Origin: Octopus sinensis
Taxonomy: Eukaryota
Direction: 5' to 3'
DNA length: 64,000 nucleotides
NCBI RefSeq assembly: GCF_006345805.1
Contig: NC_043008.1
Location: forward strand, 72,044,001-72,108,000
The position numbers were made by a program, and so were the translations under genes. Shown piece by piece: positions 52,042-64,000 of this stretch; within the stretch, counting starts at the first letter, position 1; every line of letters begins with the position of its first letter. The notes under the pieces are model-generated. The model worked only from the letters and a program-made list of their open reading frames with translations, searched no databases and was not told the DNA's origin.

Positions 52042-52532
52042 ATTGGGGCTTAGTAAAATAAATTACTTTGCCACATACTGAACTTAGTAGAAATAGCAGC
52101 CAAAAAAAATTTTCTTAGCATTTCTACTACTTAAAGAAAATTTCTCTCAGATAATGTTTACTCTAGACAGCTCACGAAGGTTTGGGGGTAAATACGGAAA
52201 AATATCACAAGTACATAGATCGTTTGAGTACGTCAACGTTTCAAGATTAGCCAAATAAAATCAGCATTTCTTTCGTCAGCTCAAAATTTCTTAATTTGGA
52301 TTTGGAAACACTAAAAAGAAGGAACTTTACCTATCAGCGAACTTGTCGCTTCAGATGAACCACACCAACTAACAGTGTCAACAAATTCAAAATGCGCAGG
52401 CGTAAAATTCTGCACTCCCCATTCCATCCACGTGGTCTATCTAGCAAACATTATATTTTAACCGCGAGAATGGTCCTTTTACATACTGAACACTTGGTGA
52501 AATTGATTAATTAATTAATTTTACCCTCAATT
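52041..52532 (-). repeat. Candidate pLTR-like or non-autonomous element carrying a hammerhead
   Basis: ~490 bp of unique sequence between (TA)n arrays. Weak terminal inverted similarity (AATTGGGG..GTAAAATAAATTA / TAATTAATTTTACCCTCAATT). Contains the hammerhead at 52223-52285. Confidence 0.4.
52223..52285 (-). ncRNA. Type I hammerhead ribozyme motif, complete core
   Basis: Minus strand TTTGAG-CTGACGA-AAGA-(22 nt)-TCTT-GAAA-CG-TTGA-CG-TA-CTCAAA: a 6-bp stem I, canonical CUGACGA and GAAA, and a GUA triplet. Predicted cut between 52229 and 52228. Confidence 0.78.
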
Positions 52533-52560
52533 GTTGATATATATATATATATGTACATAT

Positions 52561-52632
<72 letters not shown>

Positions 52633-52861
52633 CACAAGGGTGTGAGTTCCGGTCTCATTGCTAGCCGCCTACAGATTTTTCTTTAAAATATGGATAGAGT
52701 ATCCTATTCATGCTATATTACTAGCATTATACTGCGTTTGAGAAGAAGATTATTTCCTTATCTGTATCGTTCAATACATCTCAACACATCTAAAGCAAAC
52801 TTTGCTGACTTTCAACGTACGAAAGTCTTATAAAGTCTTATAACGTACGAAAGTCTTATAA

Positions 52862-53587
52862 GACGAATTTGCTGAATTTGGAGATGTGCCAAGAAGATGA
52901 GTCAACATTTTTCAAAAGACTGATTACACAGGATGAACCCTGGGTCCATCACGATGATCCAGAGACCAAAGCCCAGTCAATGCAGTGGAAGCACCGTGAC
53001 TCACCCCCTCCAAAGAAGGCAAGGGTGCAGCCCTCCGCTGGCAAGGTCATGCTCACAGTCCTCTGGGACCAGGACGGAGTAGTGATGACAGATTTCATGG
53101 CAAAAGGTACCACAATTGCAGGAGCCTATTATGCTTCACTTTTGAGGAAATTAAGAGAATTTATCAAAATCAAGAGGCGGGGCAAGATCAGCAAAGGCAT
53201 CCTCCTCCTGCAGGACAACGCTCCGGTCCACAACTCGCTTGTCGCCAGATCAGAAGCACAGGCGTATGGCTATGAACACCTCCCCCACCCCCCTACTTTC
53301 TTGACATTGCACCCTCTGATTTTCACCTCTTCCCAGTCATGAAGTTGTTTTTGAAAGGAAAGTGTTTCCCAGATGATGCGGCCTTGATTTCTGAAGTCAC
53401 GTTCAGGTTGGAGGACCAAGCTGGGGTCTTCTACAAAAACGGTCTCCAGAGCTGCATCAAACAATGGGAGAAATGCGTAACTCTGGGTTGTTCCTATGTA
53501 GGAAAAGACTAATAACTGTGCCAAGTTTCGTTGCTCTACTGCTATGGGAAGTGGGTCAGGGGCATTACTTATTGAACGCCCCTCGTA
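52862..53587 (+). mobile_element. Mariner 3' half (DD34D catalytic domain, one frameshift) with right TIR
   Basis: LITQDEPWVHH, LLLQDNAPVH and PHPP/YFLDIAPSDFHLF (34-residue spacing). TIR GGGCATTACTTATTGAACGCCCCTCGTA. Confidence 0.9.
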
Positions 53588-54630
53588 TAAGAGAAATATC
53601 GGTTTCCTTCTAGGAATGAGTTTGAAATATTTTCTCTAATCCTTTGTACAAAGTGAGATTATGGCTTCAAACATACATTGCTGGCATTTATTCTGTTGAG
53701 GCAATATAACAACTATAGTATTATCTTCTTGCGTAGATATTCTAATAATTATGAAAATATCAGAAGCTAAATTTCCTAGGTTATTGAAAACTGATTATGA
53801 ATGTTGAATTCATAGGAACTCATCATTAATTTCGTTGGTGATTTCAATACAAAATTCGTTCACGTAATAATAGGAAAGGCATAGATTGCTGACGTCTAAT
53901 ACAGTTATTATGCTGGAATCTTACAAGTAGTTTAACAAAATTGTAGTAATCCTTATTCGCGTAATAATCCATCAGTATTTGATTATTACGCGAATTTCTT
54001 ACTTTCCAATCATTAAGCGGCGGATATCGACAAAGATCATCCTTACAATATGAGTAATGCATCTACATACACACACTCACCGATACTAACATACAAACAC
54101 GCACGAGAAATCGTGCGCATACATGCGCACCCACTCACATCATCAAAGATACAAGTATGCATAAATGTATACATACACATACCCACAGACAACCTATAAT
54201 TAAAGCAAAACAAAGAATAGCTAGAATTGAATCCATATATATATATTTAAAATAAGGGTTAAAAATGGAATATGAATTTGTTTAATATCAATTTAAAACC
54301 AGTGGTCTTGCATGTTGAAAAATCTGAAGATTCAGAAAAATTATATTACATACATATAAAAGGATTGACCACTAAGTGAACATCCATTTTGCTAGAAGTA
54401 GACCACCTATTGTCTTACCACTAAGAAAGGAATGTTCTGAAGAAATTTTTAGCAAATGCCAAAACAAGTATAAAACTGAACAATGGCATACATACATGCA
54501 TACATTCATACATACATACATACATACATACATACATACATACATACATACATGCATGCATGCATGCATGCATGCATACATACATACATACATAATACAT
54601 ACATACATACATACATACATACATACATTA

Positions 54631-54805
54631 TTATGGCTGCTCCCTCGTTATCGAGTAGGGCCATTGCACGAAGTTTAACTGTTACTGGTGCTGTGATCGA
54701 ATGTGACTTTTTAGCCCAGTTAAAGATTTACAATGTCTTGTACAAAATTGGCAACTAAAACCTTTACTGGTAATAGCCGGCTGTAGTTGTAACTGGGCTT
54801 CATGT
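54631..54805 (-). mobile_element. RTE-like LINE extreme 3' fragment
   Basis: FSCQFCTRHCKSLTGLKSHIRSQHQ* (C2H2-like) plus short 3' UTR ...CTCGATAACGAGGGAGCAGCCATAA. Embedded in (CATA)n. Confidence 0.65.
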
Positions 54806-55559
54806 AATACATACATGCATACATACATACATACATACATACATACATACATACATACATACATACATACATACATACATACATACATACATACTGGTTT
54901 TTGCATTAGTCGTTTCGCGCCCTTGCATGGTAGCGAAATATTACTAAGTATACATTCCGCTTTATTTTGCTTTGAAGAGGACTGCTGGAAGAAACTGGAC
55001 GACGATGAGAGAAACATGGAAGTCGGAGAGAGCTAATAAAAAACTATTATGACGACTAACTATGTTTCTATACAAAAATAACGCTGTCTAAATTGAATAA
55101 GAATTCCCATCACAGAGCGAGAGGGGAGACGACAGTTTGAATGAAATACCAGTATTAAGGATATTGCTGATCTTGAATCGGAAATCTTTCAGAAAGGAAT
55201 TGGATGGAGATTGGATGCAGCTGAAAGTGCAGCCAGTGGTGTAAAGCATTTGGTATCAAAGTAAGATTGAAGATACTTCAATGTAAGAAGTGCAAGAAAT
55301 TGAAGCAATGTTGGTAATTTGATCTTCAAACATGAAGCTAAATCATGCCTGAAGCTAAAACAGATTGGATCGAGAAAGCAGAAGTCATGATGCATTACTT
55401 TAGCGATGCTACCTACCTCAACAAACTGCAGAGAATAAATGGTTTAAGTGAAATCCCATAAAAACCCATTCATGGATGACGTAATAATTTTTGGTACTAT
55501 TAGCACAAGGTGTGAAAATTTAGGGGGAGGGACTACTCGATAAGAATTTCCCTACAGCC

Positions 55560-56680
55560 GTTTTCAACCTCAGCCACATTTTTTAATTTCTGTCCGCGCA
55601 GGAAATGTGTATTTGCTCAAAAAGATGATAATTCGATGGTGCAAGATCTGGAATGTAGGCAGAGTAAGCCAGCATTTCTAACTCTTCAAGTTCCTCGATT
55701 TTGGGCTTGGTAACATTGTTAGTTTGCGGCTTGTCGTGCTGTAGGAGTACGAGGCTTCGAGTGAGCACTGTCGGAAAGCGGGCTTTCAGAGCATCCTATA
55801 TTTTTTGTGATGTGAGGGCGCGTGGCTTAGTGGTTAGGGCATTCGGCTTATGATCGTAAGGTTGTGAGTTCGATTCCCGGCGACGCGTTGTGTCCTTGAG
55901 CAAGACACTTTATTTCACGTTGCTCCAGTCCACTCAGCTGGCAAAAATGAGTTGTACTTGTATTTCAAAGGGTCAGCCTTGTCACTCTCTGTGTCACGCT
56001 GATTATCCCCGAGAACTACGTTAAGGGTACACGTGTCTGTGGAATGCTCAGCCATTTGCACGTTAATTTCACGAGCAAGCTGTTCCGTTGATCGTCCACA
56101 GCATGACCATTTTTGACAAGTTCAGAGAGTCACAAACCGTCGAGATTTTATCAAACACATAACATGATCTTCTGTTCAAACTGCCCTTTTCTGACAACAG
56201 GTTCTGAAGACGTTGATTTTTTAAATTAGTATTACGGATTTTGATCCATTTTTAGTTCGACACCAAAAGCAAGTACTATGCAGCTTTGACAGTAGTTGTT
56301 TGTATATGTTAACATATCGTTGAATTTAGTCATTGGGCAGTTTATGCGGAGCTTCTTGACACTGTTTGCTCCCAAGACGAGCTTATGGAGCTGTAGATTG
56401 ATGGTTGTTTGTGAAGGACACAATTATGCCGACAATATACGAGTTCTTGTGATTGGCAGTTGTTCGAACATTCCAAGCAAGGCCTCAACTTCCACAATAA
56501 AATCTTGGTTTATCTTCAAGTCTGAAGCTGCCTTCCTGTAGACGTCTTAACCAATTTTATGCCAAGCGTTGGTTGAGACTTCCTAAGGCTTCTCCATGAT
56601 CAATTATTTTTGACACTGCCCTTCTACTAACTCCTCTTCTCAGAGGTAGCATAAAATGGCACTAGTTGTAATTTTTCACC
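55560..56680 (-). mobile_element. Decayed mariner interrupted by a SINE
   Basis: Minus strand RLQEGSFRLEDKPR, TINLQLHKL and VVRKGQFEQKIMLCV before the SINE. ALKARFP..VLLQHD..AYIPDLAPSNYHLF after it. Confidence 0.75.
55812..56094 (+). mobile_element. tRNA-derived SINE (head B with Meta/CORE-like segment + tail X)
   Basis: A-box TGGCTTAGTGG, B-box AGTTCGATTCC, then TGTGTCCTTGAGCAAGACACT..GTCCACTCAGCTG, then a tail nearly identical to 6467-6600. Confidence 0.85.
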
Positions 56681-57239
56681 ACTTATTATCAAGATGTAAA
56701 ATAAAGAATAAACAATTCAATAACAACCGAACAGCAAATTTTGAAAAGTTAATGCTATAACATAGAAGTACACGTTGATATATGTCATCAGTGAAAATCA
56801 AGGGAGACAAACGTTGATTAAAACGGGAAATTTAGGATAGACTGGATTGACTAATTATTTGTTAAAAAATACAGTTTGAAGCAAAATATGGTAATGATAA
56901 TCTTTGGATGAAAGATTTTTAAATATCGAATACTAGTCACTCAGTCCATTAGGCGGGGCGTAACAACAATGAGGTTGGGTGAGGGGATGTGCACTGTAAG
57001 CCATCGACATGTACGTCCAGACGCAATGCGCTCTATCCCCTAATGATGACTGAAATTTTCTGGCGACCAGTTTGCTAAGCTTTCGGCGGAGTGCACTTGT
57101 ACAAGCAATCCATTTGTAAGTTTCCATACCTAATGCATACATATATATACATGCGTTTGTACATTCATACATGCATGCATACACGAACACACACACACAC
57201 ACACGCACATATATATGTTTTACTTGTTTCACACATTAG

Positions 57240-57710
57240 ATTGAGGTCATGCTGAGGCAGCGCTTTGTATATATCGGCCATCTTTCTTTCTTCTCCTAAT
57301 TTGTGCTTCTTTCTTTCTCTCCATTGTAGCTGGATCATGAAGACGTGTTCTTGTCTGTCTCCCGTCCAACTTTGTTTTTACTCGTTCGCCACAACAACCT
57401 CGTTTAAGCATAGCAGCCCTTCCTATTTGTTCTCACTGTCCTGTTTTTGTTACTAGTTTTGATCCTCCGCAAAATCCCAAATTTTATTTAATTTGCTTTG
57501 CGGGGCAACTGTTTTATTGAGGGCGTATCTTGTTGTGAAATACTCGAAATACGAGAGTAGAAAACAGCCAACAACTGATGAAGGGTCGAGCTTTATGTTC
57601 TTTGTTTGGTTTTCCATTTGTGTCCGTGGTTGTTCGAAAAAATAGTTCATATTCCATGTACTTGTACTTCGTATTTTTGTTGTACATGTTTCGTGACGTC
57701 CTATACACGC
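57240..57710 (+). repeat. Interspersed repeat related to 9797-10309 and 26905-27125
   Basis: Shares CCCAAATTTTATTTAATTT and CTGTCCTGTT.TTGTTAC with the reverse complement of ~10020-10090, and its 3' end with 26905-27125. Confidence 0.7.
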
Positions 57711-57902
57711 ATAATACTTATATATATATATACTATTGATGCATGTATATATGAGTATATGTATATGCATATATATATATATAAGATTTAATATTATATA
57801 TATATTATATATATATATACACATACATATGTATATATATATATACATATATATATTATTTAATATTATATATATACACATCTATCTATCTATATATGTA
57901 TG

Positions 57903-57976
<74 letters not shown>

Positions 57977-59283
57977 CACGCATACATGCATGCAAGCGTA
58001 CATACATAAATACATATATACGCACATGTTTTACTGGATTTTCATTGTTTGATTTGTTTCACATAGGGGAAAGAATATGTTCCTCGCAGCCTTTTGCATA
58101 TTATTTCGCACTGCTTTAACTATATTGTCGTATTCGGATGTGTGTTTGTTTTGGGCAAGCAGGTGCGTCTTTTTGCGGGGTATGTGGTGATGTAGGTGTA
58201 TGCGCTAATCAAATTTAGACACGCAAATCATTGCAGATACCCGAATCTTCGCCCAACAATTCACCATTGAAGAAGTGTCCACTACAATTTTGTTAGACTA
58301 CTTGTAAGTTCTCAGCATAACTGTATTCGCCTGGCAACAATCCATGCCTTCTCCTATTACTAGCAGAACAAATTACGTATTGAAATCACCAACCGAATTA
58401 ATGATGAATTCCCCGGAATTCAATAGCCTAGCAGCTTTAGCTTCTGATATTTTCATAATTCTTAGATGAAGACAATACCATAGATGGTATATTGTGTCAA
58501 TTGAATAAATGCAAGTAATGAATATTTGAAGCCATAATCTGACTTGGTACAAAAGGCGAGAGAAAACATTTCAGACTTATTTCTTGTACGAAGCCAATCT
58601 TTAGATTACTAATTGAAAACATCAAGGTCAAACATGCAAAGGAATATCTTCTTTAAGAGATAATTTTTCTGGTTTTATGTTTGTGTGTGCAATAGTATAG
58701 ATACGGTTAACTAATTAACTCATTGAGGTATCTGTGAATTATCGGCAATTTTATCGCTCCTATATTGTAGGAGAAGTAGAAGGGGAGGAAATGAAGTAGG
58801 AAAAATAGTGAAAGAAATAAAGACAATAAGAAAACACAAAGACAAGAGAAGAAGAAAAGAAATTCAATAAAGAAGCAAAGCAAAGGAGAGAAAAGAGAAA
58901 TGGGTACAAGAAAATAAGGAAACAAATTAGGAAAATACTGAGTCATGAAGAACGAAAGAAAAGAGAAAGAAACAAAGAACAATAAAAAAATGAATGAGAG
59001 AACGGATAGAAACGGGAAGAACGAAGATAAGTTTGGAAACATAATGTGTTGTAAATGTAGTAATACATTTAATATGGAAAATCAGTAAATATTTACAAGA
59101 CAAAACCTTCATCAGTCAGAATTTTCCAAATGATTTCTCTGGGAGGATTTCTATGTTTTTCAGGTATTTATTTCTTTTTAGTCATCACGTTCAAAATTTA
59201 ACCAAACACTGGAGACACATTTAAAAATGAGAGAACAATAAATAGCAATATGAATATATAAGACCATGAAAAAATGGAACTGG

Positions 59284-59342
<59 letters not shown>

Positions 59343-59920
59343 AATAAAAAGAGTGAGGTCAAAATAATCTTAAAGACAATACTAAATACAATTAATGACT
59401 AGTTAATTAATAAAAAAAAACACGGTGGTACATCATGCTTGTAACACTGTGTAACATGATTTTTGTCCTTGGGTAGCAAGTGCTATATTCTGTTTTCTTT
59501 ACCTTTAGAACGTATGAAAAATGACAAATATTTCATCCAAACTAATATTTCTTCTCAAAACATAGCTAAGATGCTGCCCCACTACTCCTGCTCATGATCA
59601 GAGATGCGCATATGGTCAGCCATAAAGGACATGCTCAAGAGATTAGGATAAGCAACTGACAAGCAGATCTGTGGCATGGAGCAGAATATTTGCTATACCG
59701 ATAATTCAACTTCAGCAACTCTGCGTTGAATCTGCTGGCAATGTAATGGAATGTAGCTCAGTTTCAAAACGTTGATATCCAGGTTACAGAAGCAAAGTTG
59801 GAAGGGAATAGTAGTCATGTCTTTTTATATCTAGATAGAAGTGAACAGGGAGTAACGCTTTCAGATCAAAGACAAATAAAAGTTACATATTGTAATTTAT
59901 TTCTTAAAAAATTATATATG

Positions 59921-60315
59921 GGCGTAAGAGTGGCTGTGTGGTAATTAGCTTGCTTACCAACCACATGGTTCCAGGATCAGTCCCACTGCGTGGCACCTTG
60001 GGCAAGTGTTTTCTACTATAGCCATGGGCCGACCAAAGTCTTGTGATGGTATTTAATAGACGGAAACTGAAAGAAGCCTGTCGTATATATGTATATGTAT
60101 GTGTGTGTATATGTGTGTGTTTGTACCCCCAACATCACTTGACAACCGATGCTGTGTGTTTACGTCCCCGTAACTTAGCGGTTCTGCAAATGAGACCGAT
60201 ATAATAAGTACTAAGCTTACAAAGAATAAGTCTTGGGATCGATTTGCTCGACTGAAGGCGGTGCTCCAGCATGGCCACAGGCAAATGACTGAAACAAGTA
60301 AAAGAGTAAAAGAGT
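59921..60315 (+). mobile_element. tRNA-derived SINE (12925 family)
   Basis: Full-length homolog ending GAAACAAGTAAAAGAGTAAAAGAGTAA. Confidence 0.88.
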
Positions 60316-61636
60316 AATGAAATACTGTGTTGATCTTAACTGGAACTTCTATCGTTACAGCTGGTCTCATTAACCGCTGGGTTAAACAAAGTTCATGAAC
60401 TAAGCAACTAGATCTGCTAGAAATAACAGTCAAATTTCCAGCATCATCTCATTAAATAAGAAATTAATGTAAGAAATTAATGCAAACTTATAAAGAGTAC
60501 ATTTTAAAATAATGATATGGAATTCTTACCGGTGGAGCACCTCCGATTTTACTTCTACAAGTGAAGGCTGACTGAGAGTTAAACAACAGCCAAAAGAAAT
60601 ACATTTAACAACAAATCATTCAGTTTTATATTTCCTACGAATTAATCAATTTCCTGTTAACTTATGTTTCTCAACTTTGAAATGAGAGATAGTATCTCTC
60701 TGTCGATAGTAAATTTGTTGTTAGTTCCATCCCATGAAGGTATTCTTATAGACAGACTCACCACTGCCAATGTGTATAATCACATCAATCTAACTACAAA
60801 AAGTCCAAATTCTTACACATTGTAATTCTTTCATTCTTTTTCTTTTCTTTCCTTTTCTTATTTGTTCATCTTTGAAGAAAAGGAAAAATATTAAATAATT
60901 CTAACAGGCTTTTATATTGAATGAGTTGGTAATTAAATAAGAAGGATTTGCACTGAAATTATGTGGCATTGGTCATCTATATAGTGATTATCTTCAATTT
61001 AAAATTAGATTTTGGTGACATTCCGAGATGTATCTAATTTAATTCTGCAAATAATAATCGAATTTAGCGAAGTTAACTATTAAAGCCATACGCCATTATG
61101 TCGGCTTTCAAAAATACCGGATATGTTATTGCATTTTACATCTTACAGTTAAGGAATCCCCTCACTGTCTATCAATATTCATCATTAAATTCTATAAGAA
61201 TAATATTTTCTTGGTATAAGAACTCTTGTATTATTCCAAGTACTAGACGATATTAGTAACGCTTCATTCTTCGTCCCTTTTAGACATCTCAATCTAAGTC
61301 ATTTACAATATAGTTTTCTTCATTGATACGTTAGCAACCTGAGTCTATAACACTTATTTCCTTCCATCTCTCACGTATGCTCGTCGATAGTCTAATTTCA
61401 CGGTGATCATTTGATCTTTGTGATGTCTCATCAATAAAAGTAACTCAGCAGACACACCACTGAAACTATTCACTGACCGTTACTAGGAATCATCGATAAC
61501 AATCACTTTCACGCTTACAACCTCCGCTGTCTCTCTCTTTGTGTATTTTTTTTACAACAAATCTCCTTTTATTTCATCTTCTTTCCTTCAGTATTCCTTA
61601 TTTTGAGTTTGTTTTATTGTTGTTAACATACAGTTC

Positions 61637-61672
<36 letters not shown>

Positions 61673-61709
61673 TATGTATGTATGTGTGTGTGTGTGTGTG
61701 TGTGTGTAT

Positions 61710-61770
<61 letters not shown>

Positions 61771-62039
61771 TCTATGTATCTATGTATATTGTATTATTGT
61801 ATTATACGATAAATATTATATATTTGCAGGTATAGAAAAGAAAGCGTGCCGGTGGAAGGAAAGAAATGCTGAAATATTTCTTCATTTGGCTTCATTTATC
61901 TCAGAAATGGACATCGGAAGGAGGGAAGAAAATAACGCAAAACAAGAACAATGATAAGAATATATAAACAATAACAAAGGTAACAAACTAGAAATCACTG
62001 TAAAGAAACCAGCCCGTCGCTGTTGATACTTTTCCTCGT

Positions 62040-62355
62040 TGTTTATTCATGATCGTCATCATCGTCGTCGTCATCATCATCATCATCGCCATAATCATCA
62101 CCATCTTCTTCGTATTCTTCTTCTCCTTCTTCTTCTTCTTCTTCTTCTTCTTCTTCTTCTTCTTCTTCTTCTTCTTCTTCTTCTTCTTCTTCTTCTTCGT
62201 CGTCGTCGTCGTCGTCATCATCATCATCGCTATCATCATCACCATCTTCTTCGTCTTCTTCTTCTTCTTTCTTCTTCTTCTTCTTCTTCTTCTTCTTCTT
62301 CTTCTTCTTCTTCTTCTTCTTCTCCTTCTTCTTCTTCGTCGTCGTCGTCGTTGTC
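62040..62355. repeat. Duplicated compound (CAT/CGT/CTT)n trinucleotide array
   Basis: A ~140-nt CAT-CAC-CTT block occurs twice. It is the source of the poly-D/E/K/L pseudo-ORFs. Confidence 0.85.
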
Positions 62356-62357
62356 GC

Positions 62358-62570
62358 AGTGCTCGCCTTGTTCAGCAGAACGGTTAACAGGCCGGACAAA
62401 ATGCTTAACAGTATTTCATCCGTCAAAGTTCAAACTCTGCCGAGGTCGATTTGCTTTTTATCCTTTCAAGGTCGATAAAATAAGCTCCAGTTGAACACTA
62501 GTGTTGTATCGACTAGTTTCCTCTCAGCAAATTTAAAGCCTTTTCCATTTGTAGAAAGGGTTTCATTATT
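62358..62570 (+). mobile_element. SINE with Nin-like domain
   Basis: TCTGCCGAGGTCGATTTGCTTTTTATCCTTTCAAGGTCGATAAAATAAG..CAGTTGAACACT. Confidence 0.65.
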
Positions 62571-62635
62571 ACTATGTTTTAAAAACTTAAAACCATTATT
62601 GTTGTCATCATTATGTGAGAAAGGAGAGCATGCCA

Positions 62636-63096
62636 TTAATGTGACTCCGGGGTAACATATACGAAATCCAGAATATACATCAATACTACACGTCTGATAA
62701 GGGTACACCGGGAATATGCATCACAACCATATGTGCGACTTGGTGATCACACCTCAAAGGTGGGGCTCGGTTTGGATTTTCGATTTTCATTCCAATCGAA
62801 AGGTCCTTGAATAGGGTTTGATTAAGTATATTGAATGCAACACCCAAGATTCCAAAGGTGAATTATTCAAACTCCAAAGAATACCTCTCAACAGATGGTT
62901 ATGTTGCTCCCCCACTATTTCTGCTTGTGATCAGGGATGCACATATCGTCAGCCATAAAGGACGTGCCTCAAAAGACGAAGGTCAAACAACGGACAAGCA
63001 AATCTGTGATATTGAGCAAATTATATGCTGTAGCCCAAATTTTATGCTAAGACAATTTTATATATGATAATACTTCCTGGTACTGCATCAAGGCAT
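62636..63096 (-). repeat. Unclassified interspersed repeat family, copy D
   Basis: Reverse complement is homologous to 12444-12890. Abuts a (TTA)n array at ~63100. Confidence 0.7.
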
Positions 63097-63109
63097 TTTA
63101 TCATTATCA

Positions 63110-63177
<68 letters not shown>

Positions 63178-64000
63178 GTTGTTGTTGTTGGTGGTGGTGG
63201 TGGTGGTGTTGTTGTTGTTATTTTTATCATATGTTTGACTTTTGCTTTGTATCTGTACAAGTTGAATCCAAGTCTCACTCAGAGACCTCAAGAGACAAGA
63301 CCTTTTGATTGGAATGAGTTATTCGTCGTGAAGAAAATTCATGTTGGTGTTATGCCTAGGGTGTCATATACTTGGTTTTACACATGCTATTCTTCTAGAG
63401 AATGTTTAAGAAAACATTGGTTACATTGACAGTATTTTACGTAGGATATGAACAGTTCCCATGAGCACTATCTTTAGAATTTCTGCTATTTTGGAACGGC
63501 AAACCATTTACGGGCGTGCTGCTCGCAAAACATATACAAAGCAGGAAAGAAAAACGCCCCATTGCCGATGTGATAGACATTTCCACAACAGCAACAAGAG
63601 CATCTACAGGGAAACAAAAGAAAGTGTGGTGCAACATCAGCATCTCAATGCAGAAGCACAGCGGTGACTCCATCTGAGGCGAAAGAACCGAGAGTAACAG
63701 AAAAGGGACAGAGACAACAACAGCAGTAGCAACAGCAACAGCATCACCAAGAGCATTAAAACAGCTCCGGCAGCAGCAGCACTGTTGCCATCAAAATGCA
63801 CTGGCACTTTAGCAGAGAGGACCACACAGGTTTTTCCACTACCTAGCTCTCCATATCCTTCTCTTTCAAACAAATGATCACGAATAGACACCTACATAAA
63901 CACAAGCGCACACCTACCCGTGTCGGGGACGGATAACACAGACTCCGATTCCTACACATCCCGAAGTGAGGATGATGAGGAAGGAAAAAGCCAAAACAAT

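Noticed and set aside
57540-57595. Type II hammerhead reading (ACTC-GAAA...CTGATGA-A-GGGT)
   Set aside because: The position needing UH reads GA and no stem I forms. CTCG/CGAG forms a competing hairpin.
60762-60789. Possible 28-nt minus-strand micro-exon (TTAG|IDVIIHIGS-G|GTGAGT)
   Set aside because: Good donor site, but no partner exons were found and such matches are expected by chance. Needs RNA-seq.
62039-62494. Acidic poly-D/E and poly-L/K ORFs
   Set aside because: Stop-free trinucleotide arrays with no splice or domain context.

Overview
AT-rich animal DNA dense in microsatellites. The SINE and transposon repertoire looks like an octopus (cephalopod) genome; this is inference, not database-confirmed. 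No host protein-coding gene can be supported, and most listed ORFs are microsatellite or antisense artefacts. The window is a mosaic of: three decayed Penelope-like elements; R4/Dong-type RLE LINEs in (TAA)n; a young GC-rich RTE LINE plus RTE and CR1-like fragments; four mariner (DD34D-type) copies and one maT (DD37D) remnant; modular tRNA-derived SINEs; Helitron/Helentron-like non-autonomous elements; and several large fold-back structures. The main find is a near-identical ~361-bp tandem repeat at 422-1342, inserted in (TA)n. Each full unit carries a type I hammerhead ribozyme with a compensatory U3-A8 core and a palindromic, dimer-type stem III. The monomer is hairpin-rich, as expected for a retrozyme or circRNA concatemer. 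A second, unrelated and apparently complete hammerhead lies at 52223-52285 (minus strand), and several decayed hammerhead motifs occur elsewhere.
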